Positions 47,790-58,999 of a stretch of DNA of 64,000 nucleotides are shown one piece after another. The notes beneath the pieces are model-generated. The model saw only the letters and a program-made list of their open reading frames with translations. It was not told the origin of the DNA and did no database searches. The stretch's first letter is position 1, and each line of letters starts with the position of its first letter. Origin of the DNA: Glycera tridactyla (Eukaryota); assembly GCA_965644265.1 (NCBI GenBank), contig OZ286463.1, positions 38,750,001-38,814,000 on the forward strand, given 5' to 3'. Made by a program: the position numbers and the translations under genes.

Positions 47790-50495
47790 ATGCTGTACAA
47801 AAGCCATGCATCACCGAGGAAGTCGAAGTTGTACACAACCAAATCAAGAGATGAAGAAAAGAAGATCACAGAAATCCTGAGGTGGCTGGAAGAAGGTGAA
47901 GTCAACGCCTCGGAAATAAAGAAGAAGATCAAACAGTATGAGAATGAAGAAGAAGCGCAGGATGAGAAAAGAACAACTGAACCACAGACTGAATGCGGCC
48001 CCAAACGACAAATGAATAAAACCAACGAACACAGTGAGTGTAAATTTCCCAATATGTACTTTGATCCTCTGAAGCCGCCACCCTCTGAATTGTGGAAGCG
48101 ATCGACCCACAACAAAAGTGAAAGTTTGTCCACCACGCGGGAAAAACCAGGCCGACCACGTTGGCGGCAACCGATCAAAAGGTGCCCACTAAGCCCGGAC
48201 AATGACCCCGCAATCGGCGTATCGATACATACAGACACAATGTGCCACTGACACCGCGCAACCAGAAAGAAGCACATCCAACATAGACCAAATTAAAGCT
48301 GATTTATTTCTGAGCAGTGACGACTCAGAACCCGATACATCTCCAAAGAGACTCAAGAGCGTGATACATGTTGTGAAGAAAGATAAGCCACGAGATATGA
48401 CTCCGAATGACTGGGGGAAAAAAACCGACTCTGTACAATCCACGTGAGTTTGAGTGCCAGAAGAAATTCACCAGCCTTAACACCATGTATAGACATCGGA
48501 GAGAAGCATGTGGGACACAGAAATGGACATATGTGTGTCCATACTGTAGCACTAAAATCATGAGACGCAACAATTTCCATCGCCATATCCAGAGAAAACA
48601 CCCCGACCAGAAATTGTTTGACAATTACATAATCGAAGCGAAGAAATCAAAAGAAAGAAGAAATGAGACCTTCTACAACCCAATCATGGCGGCATCTACT
48701 CCAGTCGTGAAAAGACCAGCCGATGTTACTACCAAACAGACTCAGAAACCAAAATTCAGGATCGCCTCACAGAAAAGGAGAGCTGGCGCAAGCTCACCTG
48801 TCATACCATCTAAACGGGTGAACAAATCAGCAAAACCGCGAGACATCTCCAAAACAATGGAAGCACATGCTGCCAACCACATGCGAAAAGTAAAGGCAAC
48901 AACCACTTCAGAGAAGGTATCAAAGACTGAGCCTATCCCACAGGGAACACAGCCTGCACACGCACAAACCCCAAACAGAAGGGAATGCCTAGATACATCA
49001 AGAGGCAAACATACAGAGATCGAACGACTCCCACCACCCTCCACCGACATCCCAACTATATGCCAGGAGTCGGTGACGAATGTGGGAATGATCAATGAGA
49101 ACTACGATGACCTGCTACCTTCCAACTATGACATGCAAGAAGTGATCCCGGAGTTATTATTGGACCCGGCGGATATGGTCTTTAATGGAGAAAATGGAAT
49201 TCTGGTAGTGATATCCACGGTCAATAACACACCTGAGACATCTGAGAATATGAAATCTGAAACCATCATGACAGGAACGAAGCTACCATCGACCAGTCTA
49301 TGCAACCACAATTCTGGGGACAAGGCATTGAACAAGCAAGTGAGAATGACCCACGGAGAGATGAATAAAACACCAACAACAATTGGTACTAGCCCCCACA
49401 CAGACCTATATGGATCGCCGAAAGAGCTGAATACACACATCGAGAGAACGGACAAACTAGAGGGGATTCCCATCTTAATCGACCAGGACCATGTATTACA
49501 CAAATACACGCCACACGATCAAGAAGTAAAGAATGTGGTGACCAAATTGGAAGAAGACCCCCTTTTCCTGGCTTTATTGGGCGGAGACGATACGGCTAGC
49601 AGTGAAACTGACACAGAGACAATGCCATTAGCTGGCACTACAATTGGTACTCCAGAAAGTCCACTAAGGAGAACCTCAAGTGATGTACACATGGACGTAT
49701 CCAAAATTGAAAGTGGCACCAAGGCAGATGTAATCACCGAACCTAAGCACAATAGAAACTTTGACAATCTATTCAAAGGTGACTTTCAATTTGAATATAA
49801 ACCAAGTTCATCCGGCCATATTGTGACACCTCCAGCCACCTCACCGCTGATCAAAACGCTGGCTTTATTGGGATCACCTGCCATAACTGAAATCACAACC
49901 CATAAAACCAAGCTGATGAGGAACGAAAAACGAACGTGCCCTGCACTTGAATCGATCCTGATTAACTTGGAAATGAATCTAGATGTGCTAAACATGCAAC
50001 ACAATAACAAACCGTTGAAACAAAATCGAAAATCATTCAAATTGGTGGATGAATGTTCACAGAATATGGCCAGCCAACCCTATCACAAGTGAACCAATAA
50101 CAGAAACTGAAAACCCAGCAACATTGATGAATTCCCCGTTCATCAAGATGTGCGAGGAACTTCGAGGCAATTTACCACCGATGATAGGTGGCATATCAAA
50201 CCATGAATATGATCGCATCGAAATAGAAGTCGACCGAATTTGCTCGGATTTCCAGGCTACAGCAAATATCAGTATGACACCAGTCGACACAATTTGCGAG
50301 GACTTTCAGAAATCACTCCGAAACACGACGACCGGAGATAATGGAGTAAAGAGCAGATGCAGATCGAAACTAAGTCTCTCAAAGAAAAAACGGAAATCAC
50401 TTCCGGTGGTCAGCATCATCAAACGGGACATCGACTCAGAAGATGAATCCGAGACCGAGATGACGACCAGCGCGATGCAGAGAAATGGAAAGTGA
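47790..50495 (+). pseudogene. Frameshifted intronless ORF (~900 aa if joined) with two zinc fingers (C2HC-like, C2H2) and long S/T/K/E-rich low-complexity regions; probably TE-borne
   Basis: Overlapping ORFs 47790-48251, 48202-48447, 48407-50092, 50049-50495 in successive +1 frames; CQKKFTSLNTMYRHRREAC and CPYCSTKIMRRNNFHRHIQRKH. Confidence 0.7.
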
Positions 50496-51312
50496 GGATC
50501 AACCAACCGATGATGGGAGTCGGGAGAGGTCTAGGAGCCCCATCAAGCAAGAATTTGATAGTTTATAACCCTTGTTAGCTTTAGAATAGCAGAGAGGTAC
50601 AGCATGAAAGAAGAGGGAGGGAATAACCGCGAGCCAATTTAATGAGGTACCTCCTGGGGTGATCTGAGAGATGCAGCAGCAAGATGGGCATCCTTTGGGA
50701 CCATGATGAATGCCGGCAGGGCAAAACTAGGTCACCGCAACACAGCGAACATCTGGCAATAACAACCTCCCCGTGATAGTCCAGGAAGTGATCTTGATTT
50801 CCCCAGGAGATCCGCTACCTACTCTCATCTGACAGGAAGTTAGTGTCCAGTTATTCACCTTGTAGTCAACATGTGTGGGTTGAAATAGATGCAATCTCCT
50901 AAAAAATCGGACCAGTAGAACTCTAGTTATAAGGATTCCAAGAAGAAATTCCAGGTGGCAACCAGTGAAAAAGGTAAAGAAAAATCCTGTTTTCAACTTG
51001 CTCAAAATGTATGATGGAGGTGTTTGTAAACATTTATATTGATATATGTTGTGAAGAATATTCTTGTCAACCCATGGTATTTCTCTCATTAAATGCGAAA
51101 GAAAGCGAAACCATGTTTTTGGGAAGGATTCACCCGAGGGTTTAGGGTCATATATTGTGCATTCTGTACTGTGTGTGTGGGGGGGGGAGGATGTGTGTAT
51201 GTGTGTGGCTGTCTTTCTATTTGATTACAGTCAAACTTGTACTTAGCAAGACTTGTATTTAGCAAGAACTTGTCTTAAGCAATAGGCTTTTGTTCATCCC
51301 ACCTGAGTACTT

Positions 51313-54300
51313 TTCCAAAATCCCATCATATAGAAAGTGGTAGAACTTGCAAAGGAAGACTATACAATAAATAGGAGCTAGATAGAAGAATTTGCCTATA
51401 AAAGTGAGTTGATCGAAAATATGGTAGAAATCAAACATTGTTTGAAGTTGTTTTTTTTTGGTTTTGAAAAATCAAACTTCAAACATGAAAAATCAATCAA
51501 GTCCCAACACTATTGTCTATCCTTCCCATTCATGTCTGATGAATCTCTTGATCCACTCATGGTTTCCCCCCAAGAATCACCTTTTAGGACTGATGACCGG
51601 ACTACTTTCAGCCCATAGGAAATCAGCTCTGTCAACCAGCAGATTCTGATACCTATTAGGTCATGGTATTGAGAGCAGTCTCACATACTAATGTCACCTG
51701 CCTTGTCATAGGGACAACATAAATTCATGCATTAACAGAATTATCATAGGAGATTTCTGCATGCAGGATATAGGGCCTATGTACACAACTCATCTTGGGT
51801 GACAACCTCCATTGAGTTCAGTGCTCATGTCTCATAGCTACTACCCATCAGTGCAACCAATCATTTGCTTATCTATGCAGTGTATCTATTTTGAAATTCA
51901 ACTTAAACAAATCACTTTGAATTCTCTCATGCTGAGTCTCATTCCATCCTATGTACAATCATTATTTGACATTCATTCTACTGAAATTTAATCTATTGCT
52001 AGGATTTGTATATAACTGTTTATTTATCAATTTCTTTTTAGTTCATTCATGGATCCATGAGGATCATAGCCGATCAGAAGCATTTTAACATGCCATGACT
52101 GAAAATATATACCATCAGAGGCCAATTGATAATAGATGGTGGCATGACTCAAATCAGCATGTGTGGAGTATATAACACCACTGTAGTTCCTTTTTATGAA
52201 ATTTATCTGCCTGGTATATCCTCAGTCTCAGACCCATGTGTCCACACCCAACATAACTGAGACCAGACTTACAAACTAAACTTTCGAGCTAGTTACCTGA
52301 CTAGATACTCTGTCTGAGGCAAATTTCTATTATGCAACACAAAATAATCCCACAAACTTCCAGTTTCTTGTTCAACCTAGTTGTGATATCACTAGAATTG
52401 AAATAATCCCTCAAAAGTTGGGTTTTCAGGTTAGAATGACACCTAGCAAAGTGGTTGTTCCTTTTCATTTGCCAGATGGCTGATACCATAATTTGATCAA
52501 AATCTATTATATAGATAGGCATAGCTTTCCACAATGGTGGATTTTCTTTTGTTTTGAGGCACAACTCAGAACAGATGAGCTATGAGTATGATTCAGGGAT
52601 TTTCATGCTCAGGAATATATATGGGTTTTTCGGGCACAATGATAAAGATTTCATGTGCCATTTCGTGTTTGTGTGTGCCCCAAACCATGTAAAGTGTGGA
52701 TGTGCCTCAAACCATGTAAAGAGTGTATATATGGTCTGATGTGCCCTTTCACAACTTTATGTGCCATTTGCCACAGGGCACAGCGCAAATTGCAACTTGG
52801 GTACACCCATCCACCCCTTCAGTTTCATTTCACCCCTACAACATTTTAATTGGTCAAATTCTTTATTTTCTGAGAATGATTTTATTTATTATTCTACCAT
52901 TTTCCCCACAATACTACTAGCCCTTTGGGAGCTGAATCCCCCACTGTCTAACTCAAGCACTTCTTTCAATGATTATCTCCCCCTTTCTACTTTAACAACT
53001 TTCACATCTCCATCAAATCATCACATTTTCATCTTCCATTGGCATTAAAGATCTGGGCACTTGTTGCCGGTGACCTGCAGAAGTCTCTTCTGCAGATCCC
53101 AGACACACTTGACCAGATCCTTGATGATCATCCATCCATCCATCCATCCATCCATCCATCCATCCATCCATCCATCCATCCATCCATCCATCCTCACCAC
53201 CATCATTCATTCTTATTCCATGGATTGATTGCTGCTCTGACTGTAGTTGCTGTAATTGCTCTGTCCATTGGAATGATGTTTGTTGAACTTGAAAAGGTTA
53301 ACACTGTGGCAGTGTTAAAGAAGGTTCTCCTGTGTTGCACCTGTTGTAAGTTTTGCACTGAGATGAAGGTACCACAATATCTGGAGCAATTGGGCCTCGA
53401 GATGGCTAGTCGTGTGGGTATGATGCATGCCCCGCCATTTTACCAGCTCATGCAGCGGCGAGGTCCAACCTTCAGATGGTCACCGAGATTGCACCAACGC
53501 CTGGAGTGGCGTCGTAACCTGTTTTATGAAATCGTTGACTGAAAAGAAAGCACCACCGTATTAGGAGCCATTGGTCCTCGAGATGGCTAGTCGTGTGGGT
53601 ATGATGCATGCCCCGCCATTTTACTAGCTCATGCAGCGGCGAGGTCCAACCTTCTGATGGTCACCGAGATTGCACCAACGCCTGGAGTGGCGTCGTCTAA
53701 GTTGCACGTAACCTGTTTTATAAAATCGTTCACTGAAAAGAAAGCACCACCGTACTAGGAGCCATTGGGCCTTGAGATGGCTAGCCGTGAGGGTATGATG
53801 CATGCCCCGCCATTTTACCAGCTGATGCAGTGGCGAGGTCCAACCTCCTGACTGTCAAGCTGATAGCTTGACACACTTCGCACCTGTACCCGGATCTCTC
53901 AACGTCGTTTGATGACATTGCACCAACGCCTGGAGAGGCGTCGTCTTGTTCACATGTACCTTATTCTGATATGTTTGCTGAAGTTGTGGATGCGCCTGGA
54001 TTGGCGTTATCGTCAGTGAATTTGGGGCCAGAGCAGCCCAAAAATGAGTTGGATGATGCATCCTGCTCGCCTTGTGTTCGTGTCTCACGTGGACAAGTGA
54101 GGCCAAGCAATGTTTTCTTGCCTGCAACCAGTTCTTGTCGCCGTCGTTATCGTTCTGTTGTGTTCAGTCCTACTTACAAAACCAGATGTGCTCATGTACA
54201 TTCATCATCGTCATCATGTGCTCAGTGCTCTCGGTGTTGCTCAGTTCACTCACAAGGCATGTTGGATAGAATTATGTGCCTTGCAATTTTTGTATTCACC

Positions 54301-56248
54301 CTGTGACGTCACCTCGTGCCTACTCACCTACGTGGTGCAGTTTTTTACGCTATACATGCTTATACCTATCCCTAGTGTCACGCGCGTCATCATACTTGCA
54401 ATCCTCACACTTGTTGCCACCTGGTTCTCAACTGCCATCAACACGCTGCTGACATAGCCTTGGAGATTAGCTACCTCCACTTGTGCTTTCTCGTTCACGT
54501 GCTCACGAACTTCGATGACCGGCAACATTGGTAATGGTTTCAACCTTCAACCCCTGGATCCAGCCTGCTCGCGTCGTACACATGTGACATCTTCTTTAAG
54601 CCAATGGTGCTCATGGTGTTTTACTTGTTCTTGCTTGGACTCATTTTCCCATCACCCATGCCCGCTAACAGGAATTCTTCGTGTCGTTCATGAACTCAGT
54701 GACTCAGTACCAGCACGTTATGATCATGATTTAATGCAGATGAACTTTCCTGCCAATTTGACTTCAACAAGCAAATTGCTTGGGAACATTTTCATATTCT
54801 TCTCTTTCAGGTTTTGGTTTTGGTGTTGTATACAACCCAAATGTCATATTTACTTGTGTACTATGTGTCTTCTTACGTCTATAATCATCTGTCTCTATAA
54901 TCAAGTCTATTTTTATCCTCACCAGGTTCCCTTCACACAGGGACTGTGTGGCTTCTCCGCTAGGCTTCGAAGCTTTTCAGCGGGGGAGGAGTTATAACCA
55001 TGAAATTTAGGACATCTATCCCCACCTCTATTCATATCTATTCCTCACTCTATCTTCAACTATCCATTCACACTGTCTTCAACTATCCATTCATACATCT
55101 CTATCTTCAGCTATCCATTCACATCTATTCCAACCTGGAACTATTCCATATACTCTCCATACACTTCTTTTCACACACCTACAATCATACAGACAAACAT
55201 ATATTCCTTTAAACACACAGATGCACACACAGAGAAAACACACACACAGACAGACAAACATACAGACACACTTGTACACCCATACAGATGCAATCACTCA
55301 TGTACATCTTTGAAACCAGCCTTTACTGAAATGTCTTACTGCATTATGCACTGGCATTTTTCCGTAATCTTGAGTCTCTCTAATGAAGAATACCTGTGTA
55401 CAATAACAGGATAATCTTACTCCCTGCTCATTCATGCATGTATACGATATGCTCATCACCTGAAGTCACACGATCATCATGGCCTGCACACCATCTGTCA
55501 CACACCACTGATTACACTCTCCAATCTCCATGGCAATCACCACACTAACCAATGTAATACCACATACACTCCACCACTGACCTACCACCACCCACATAGC
55601 ACATGGAATCTCACATCAGGAATTCACCACACCCTCCAGAAAAACACACCCACACTCTCATGACACATTCCATATTCTACCATCATACGATCACTGCCAT
55701 TCACTACACTCTGGCTACTTCCCAGAGATTTCCAGAGACATATTGATTGAGTACAGTTTAACACCACCACATACTACCCACACATCTCATTGTCAATTCT
55801 CAATGTCTATGGTGGCCATCTTGGTTCACTCAATTAGTGAGTTGGACATGATTAAGATAACTCCTTCGTGACTTAGGTAACCTGATTGTGTAAACTTCCG
55901 TGACTATGATAACTTGATTATGTGATGTTGTAGTTAAGTCGATGTTGTGCTCAATGAAGTGTGAAATTGCCACTGATGCATCTTCTGGAGGGTTATGCAA
56001 CTGCTGTACGTTGGATCTATATAACCAGCGGCTGAGTTGTACTCAGCATCTCTTTATATCTTAGACACCTACATGCTAGCATCCTTGCTGCCAGTCAGAA
56101 GCACTGCATTGGTTGAACTTGGTTCTTCCAATAAATTGTGCTAAAATGACAGTCATATAGTTGTTCACTACTTGTGTCTCAGACACACCATTTTCTCAGA
56201 TTTATAAGTTGCACATGATTAAAATCTTGATCAAGGATGTCTCACTAA
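51313..56248 (+). repeat. Left arm of ~4.93-kb inverted duplication
   Basis: Reverse complement of 59000-63931; mirrored ORF coordinates sum to 115244 (outer part) and 115248 (inner part). Confidence 0.95.
53390..53945. repeat. Three ~182-194-bp tandem units inside the left arm (mirror at ~61303-61858)
   Basis: TTGGGCCTCGAGATGGCTAGTCGTGTGGGTATGATGCATGCCCCGCCATTTTA... recurs at ~53390, 53572, 53766. Confidence 0.9.
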
Positions 56249-56949
56249 CTCTAGAGTGGTCTGGTAGTTTAGCTACACGTAGGCAGGACAGGCTGCATTA
56301 TGTCACTTGTGCCGCAGCACACACATCACACCCTAGTGAATATAACACAAATGACACGTAGCCATATACAGTGGGGGACATTCTGGGGCCACATGAGCAT
56401 GACTCTCCCCATGAAGTTCACCTCACAACCACAAAAGTTTTAGCTTATATGTGTTGATTAAACTAGTGAATGTTCTGCTCTTCGGAGCACCACATTTCTT
56501 TACTCAACACACCATGATCGATTTCTATATTTCACAAGAATCTCTTCTCTCACTCCTAATTTCGATTATGAAAAATCTTCACATATCATCAATGTCCAAT
56601 TCTTCATGTGCATTCTGGATTAATTCCATACACTATCCACCTGAAATTTAATTCCGCCAAAATCGGGTCTCAATTACAACATCTCAAAAAGAAATGCTTA
56701 TTTCAAACAATGAATCAATTTTATAAAGCTGCCCAGGAAGGCCCACTAGTGGGCCTTCCTGGCCTAGCTAGGCTCATCAGCTGGGGCCTTCACAGCTTCT
56801 CGCTGTTGTAGGCCTTCAGTTGACTGCCCTAACATCCACCTGAAGAAGGAGAGCATTCGACTCCGAAATTGATTGTGGGCAGAGCGCTCAGGGTCACTGA
56901 AAGTCTATATATACGATAATTCTGAGGAGCTGTACGGTTGAGTTGTGTC

Positions 56950-57222
56950 NNNNNNNNNNNNNNNNNNNNNNNNNNNNNNNNNNNNNNNNNNNNNNNNNNN
57001 NNNNNNNNNNNNNNNNNNNNNNNNNNNNNNNNNNNNNNNNNNNNNNNNNNNNNNNNNNNNNNNNNNNNNNNNNNNNNNNNNNNNNNNNNNNNNNNNNNNN
57101 NNNNNNNNNNNNNNNNNNNNNNNNNNNNNNNNNNNNNNNNNNNNNNNNNNNNNNNNNNNNNNNNNNNNNNNNNNNNNNNNNNNNNNNNNNNNNNNNNNNN
57201 NNNNNNNNNNNNNNNNNNNNNN
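56950..57222. other. Assembly gap (273 N) inside the spacer of the inverted duplication
   Basis: N run; other gaps at 50-220, 8932-9062, 17625-17771, 40897-41169. Confidence 0.99.
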
Positions 57223-57477
57223 GTGGGACATACCTGAGGATTCCAGTCTGAAACTCTCTTTCCTGGCGTTAATGTCGGCTGTCCCGGCGTGTGGGTGGGT
57301 TAGAGGGTGAGTGGGTGAGTGAGTAAGTGAGCGAGTGTGTGAGCGAGTGTGTGTGCGTTGTTCACACCTCCCCCCTCGCCAACCGTAGCTTGTTAGCCGA
57401 GGATAGGCGTGAACATCAAACAGAGGGTTCATGTATGGATGTATAGATGGATGGATGGGTATATGGATGGATTGCAC

Positions 57478-57560
57478 CGTCCCGGTTTAACCCGGGCTGC
57501 CCCGTCTCGACCACACCATTGTGGCCAAGACGGGCTGCGTCCCGGGTTAACCCGGGATGG
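57478..57560. repeat. Two CCCGGGTTAACCCGGG-type palindromes flanking an imperfect hairpin
   Basis: CCCGGTTTAACCCGGG-CTGC-CCCGTCTCGACCAC...GTGGCCAAGACGGG-CTGCGT-CCCGGGTTAACCCGGG; same family as 46568-46700. Confidence 0.8.
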
Positions 57561-57971
57561 TGGTTGAGAGGGGGCACAACAGAGACACAAACTGCAAACC
57601 AATTCAAGAATGCCGTCTGCAGAGATATCATCTGGTAATGTCATCGTTGTTTTGCCTAAAGACTCTCAACACTGGCCTAGGCTGGGCCGCACCAAGGCTA
57701 TTAAGCAACCAACCATTGTTTACTGATGTGCTTCTGGACCCTACCCAGACTGTATATAGACAGTTTTAACATGCCCCGGAGGTGGCAGGACCTGGACATT
57801 ATCCGCAAGGCTTTCCAGTATCGATGTAGATGTAGATGTAGGCGGCATGTACACTGGCGGCATGTACACTGTACAGTAGTGACTGTCTAGGGTAGGAACA
57901 AAACTATTGGTTGATATGATTTGGGTGACAGTGTTGTTTATTTTTCTGATCCTGCTTTGAATGAATCCACA

Positions 57972-58995
57972 CATCATCATCATCATATCGGTTTCGTGGC
58001 GCATGTCACATTCCGATTTCCTGCTTCTCTCACCTTCCACCTTCCTCCGCCAGATGTCTCTTTCTAACGCACACACAGTTGCTTCTTCCCATGACATATT
58101 CAGGTTGTTTCTGAGGTCCTTTTCCACCGATCTTATCCATGTTGTTTTGTGACCTCCCCTTGGCATTTTCACTGGTCTTCTTGCTTCATTTAGGGCTATT
58201 TTGGCTGGTGTTGTATCTGGTAACCGTTGTACATGCCCAAACCACTGTAATCTCCTCTCTGTGATAATTTTGCTCCACTCTCTTTGTTTCACAATTCTTT
58301 GTAGATCAGCATTTGATATTTTCTTGGGCCATTTTATATTCAGTACATATCTCAGTAATCTTCTTTGAAAGGCGTCAATGCGTCCTAGAAGATCTTTCGT
58401 CATCGTCCATAATTCCGACTTGTATAAAAAAAAATACTGGCAACACATGCATTGAATCCTTTCAGCTTTATGTGAGTTGGTGCCCACAGATGTTTCAGTT
58501 TTTTCTCAGCTTCTAGAGCGAGGATTTTCCTCCGGTTGAAATCCGTTTCTGTATCGATCAGACTTCCAAGATATTCGCACTTTTTCCATTCGCATGTACT
58601 TGCTTTTCTATTTATAGTGTATTCCTCTGTTTTCTCCTCATTACATACTAGGTGTCGTTCTTTAAGCTTTCCAGGGACGATATTTTTGTAGTGTTGGATG
58701 ATGTGCTTGTTTCCTCCAGTGACCCAGCTGATGTCGTCTGCATACTGAGTTTCTATAATCACTGATGCTTGTTTATCTTCTTCTGCAGCATAACTGTGAT
58801 CAGTCTGATGTTGAGAGCGAGGGATGTTAATCAAAGTGTTATCACTGTGATAATTGTGATCGATGATATGTCTTGGTACTGGTTTGAGAGCATCAGCTAG
58901 ATATAATATGAAAAGTGTTGGACTGAGACAGTCACCTTGTGGAGTCCAAATTTGGGTGGTGAAACTAAGGTTCTCCACGTTCACTCCCACAACAT
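57972..58995 (-). mobile_element. RTE-clade LINE, 5'-truncated, with RT C-terminal half and (TGA)n tail
   Basis: TPQGDCLSPTLF, QYADD, YLGSLI, RIDAFQRRLLRYVLNIKWP, RRLQWFGHVQR, RGGHKTTW; one frameshift in the A run near 58430. Confidence 0.92.
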
Positions 58996-58999
58996 ACTA

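Noticed and set aside
47711-50506. Minus-strand ORFs (47711-48277, 48742-49095, 49126-49509 and others)
   Set aside because: Antisense shadows of the plus-strand ZnF ORF, with no independent motifs.
52301-55297. Short ORFs within the inverted arms as genes
   Set aside because: Low-complexity or repeat-derived, with no domain signatures; duplicated only because of the inversion.
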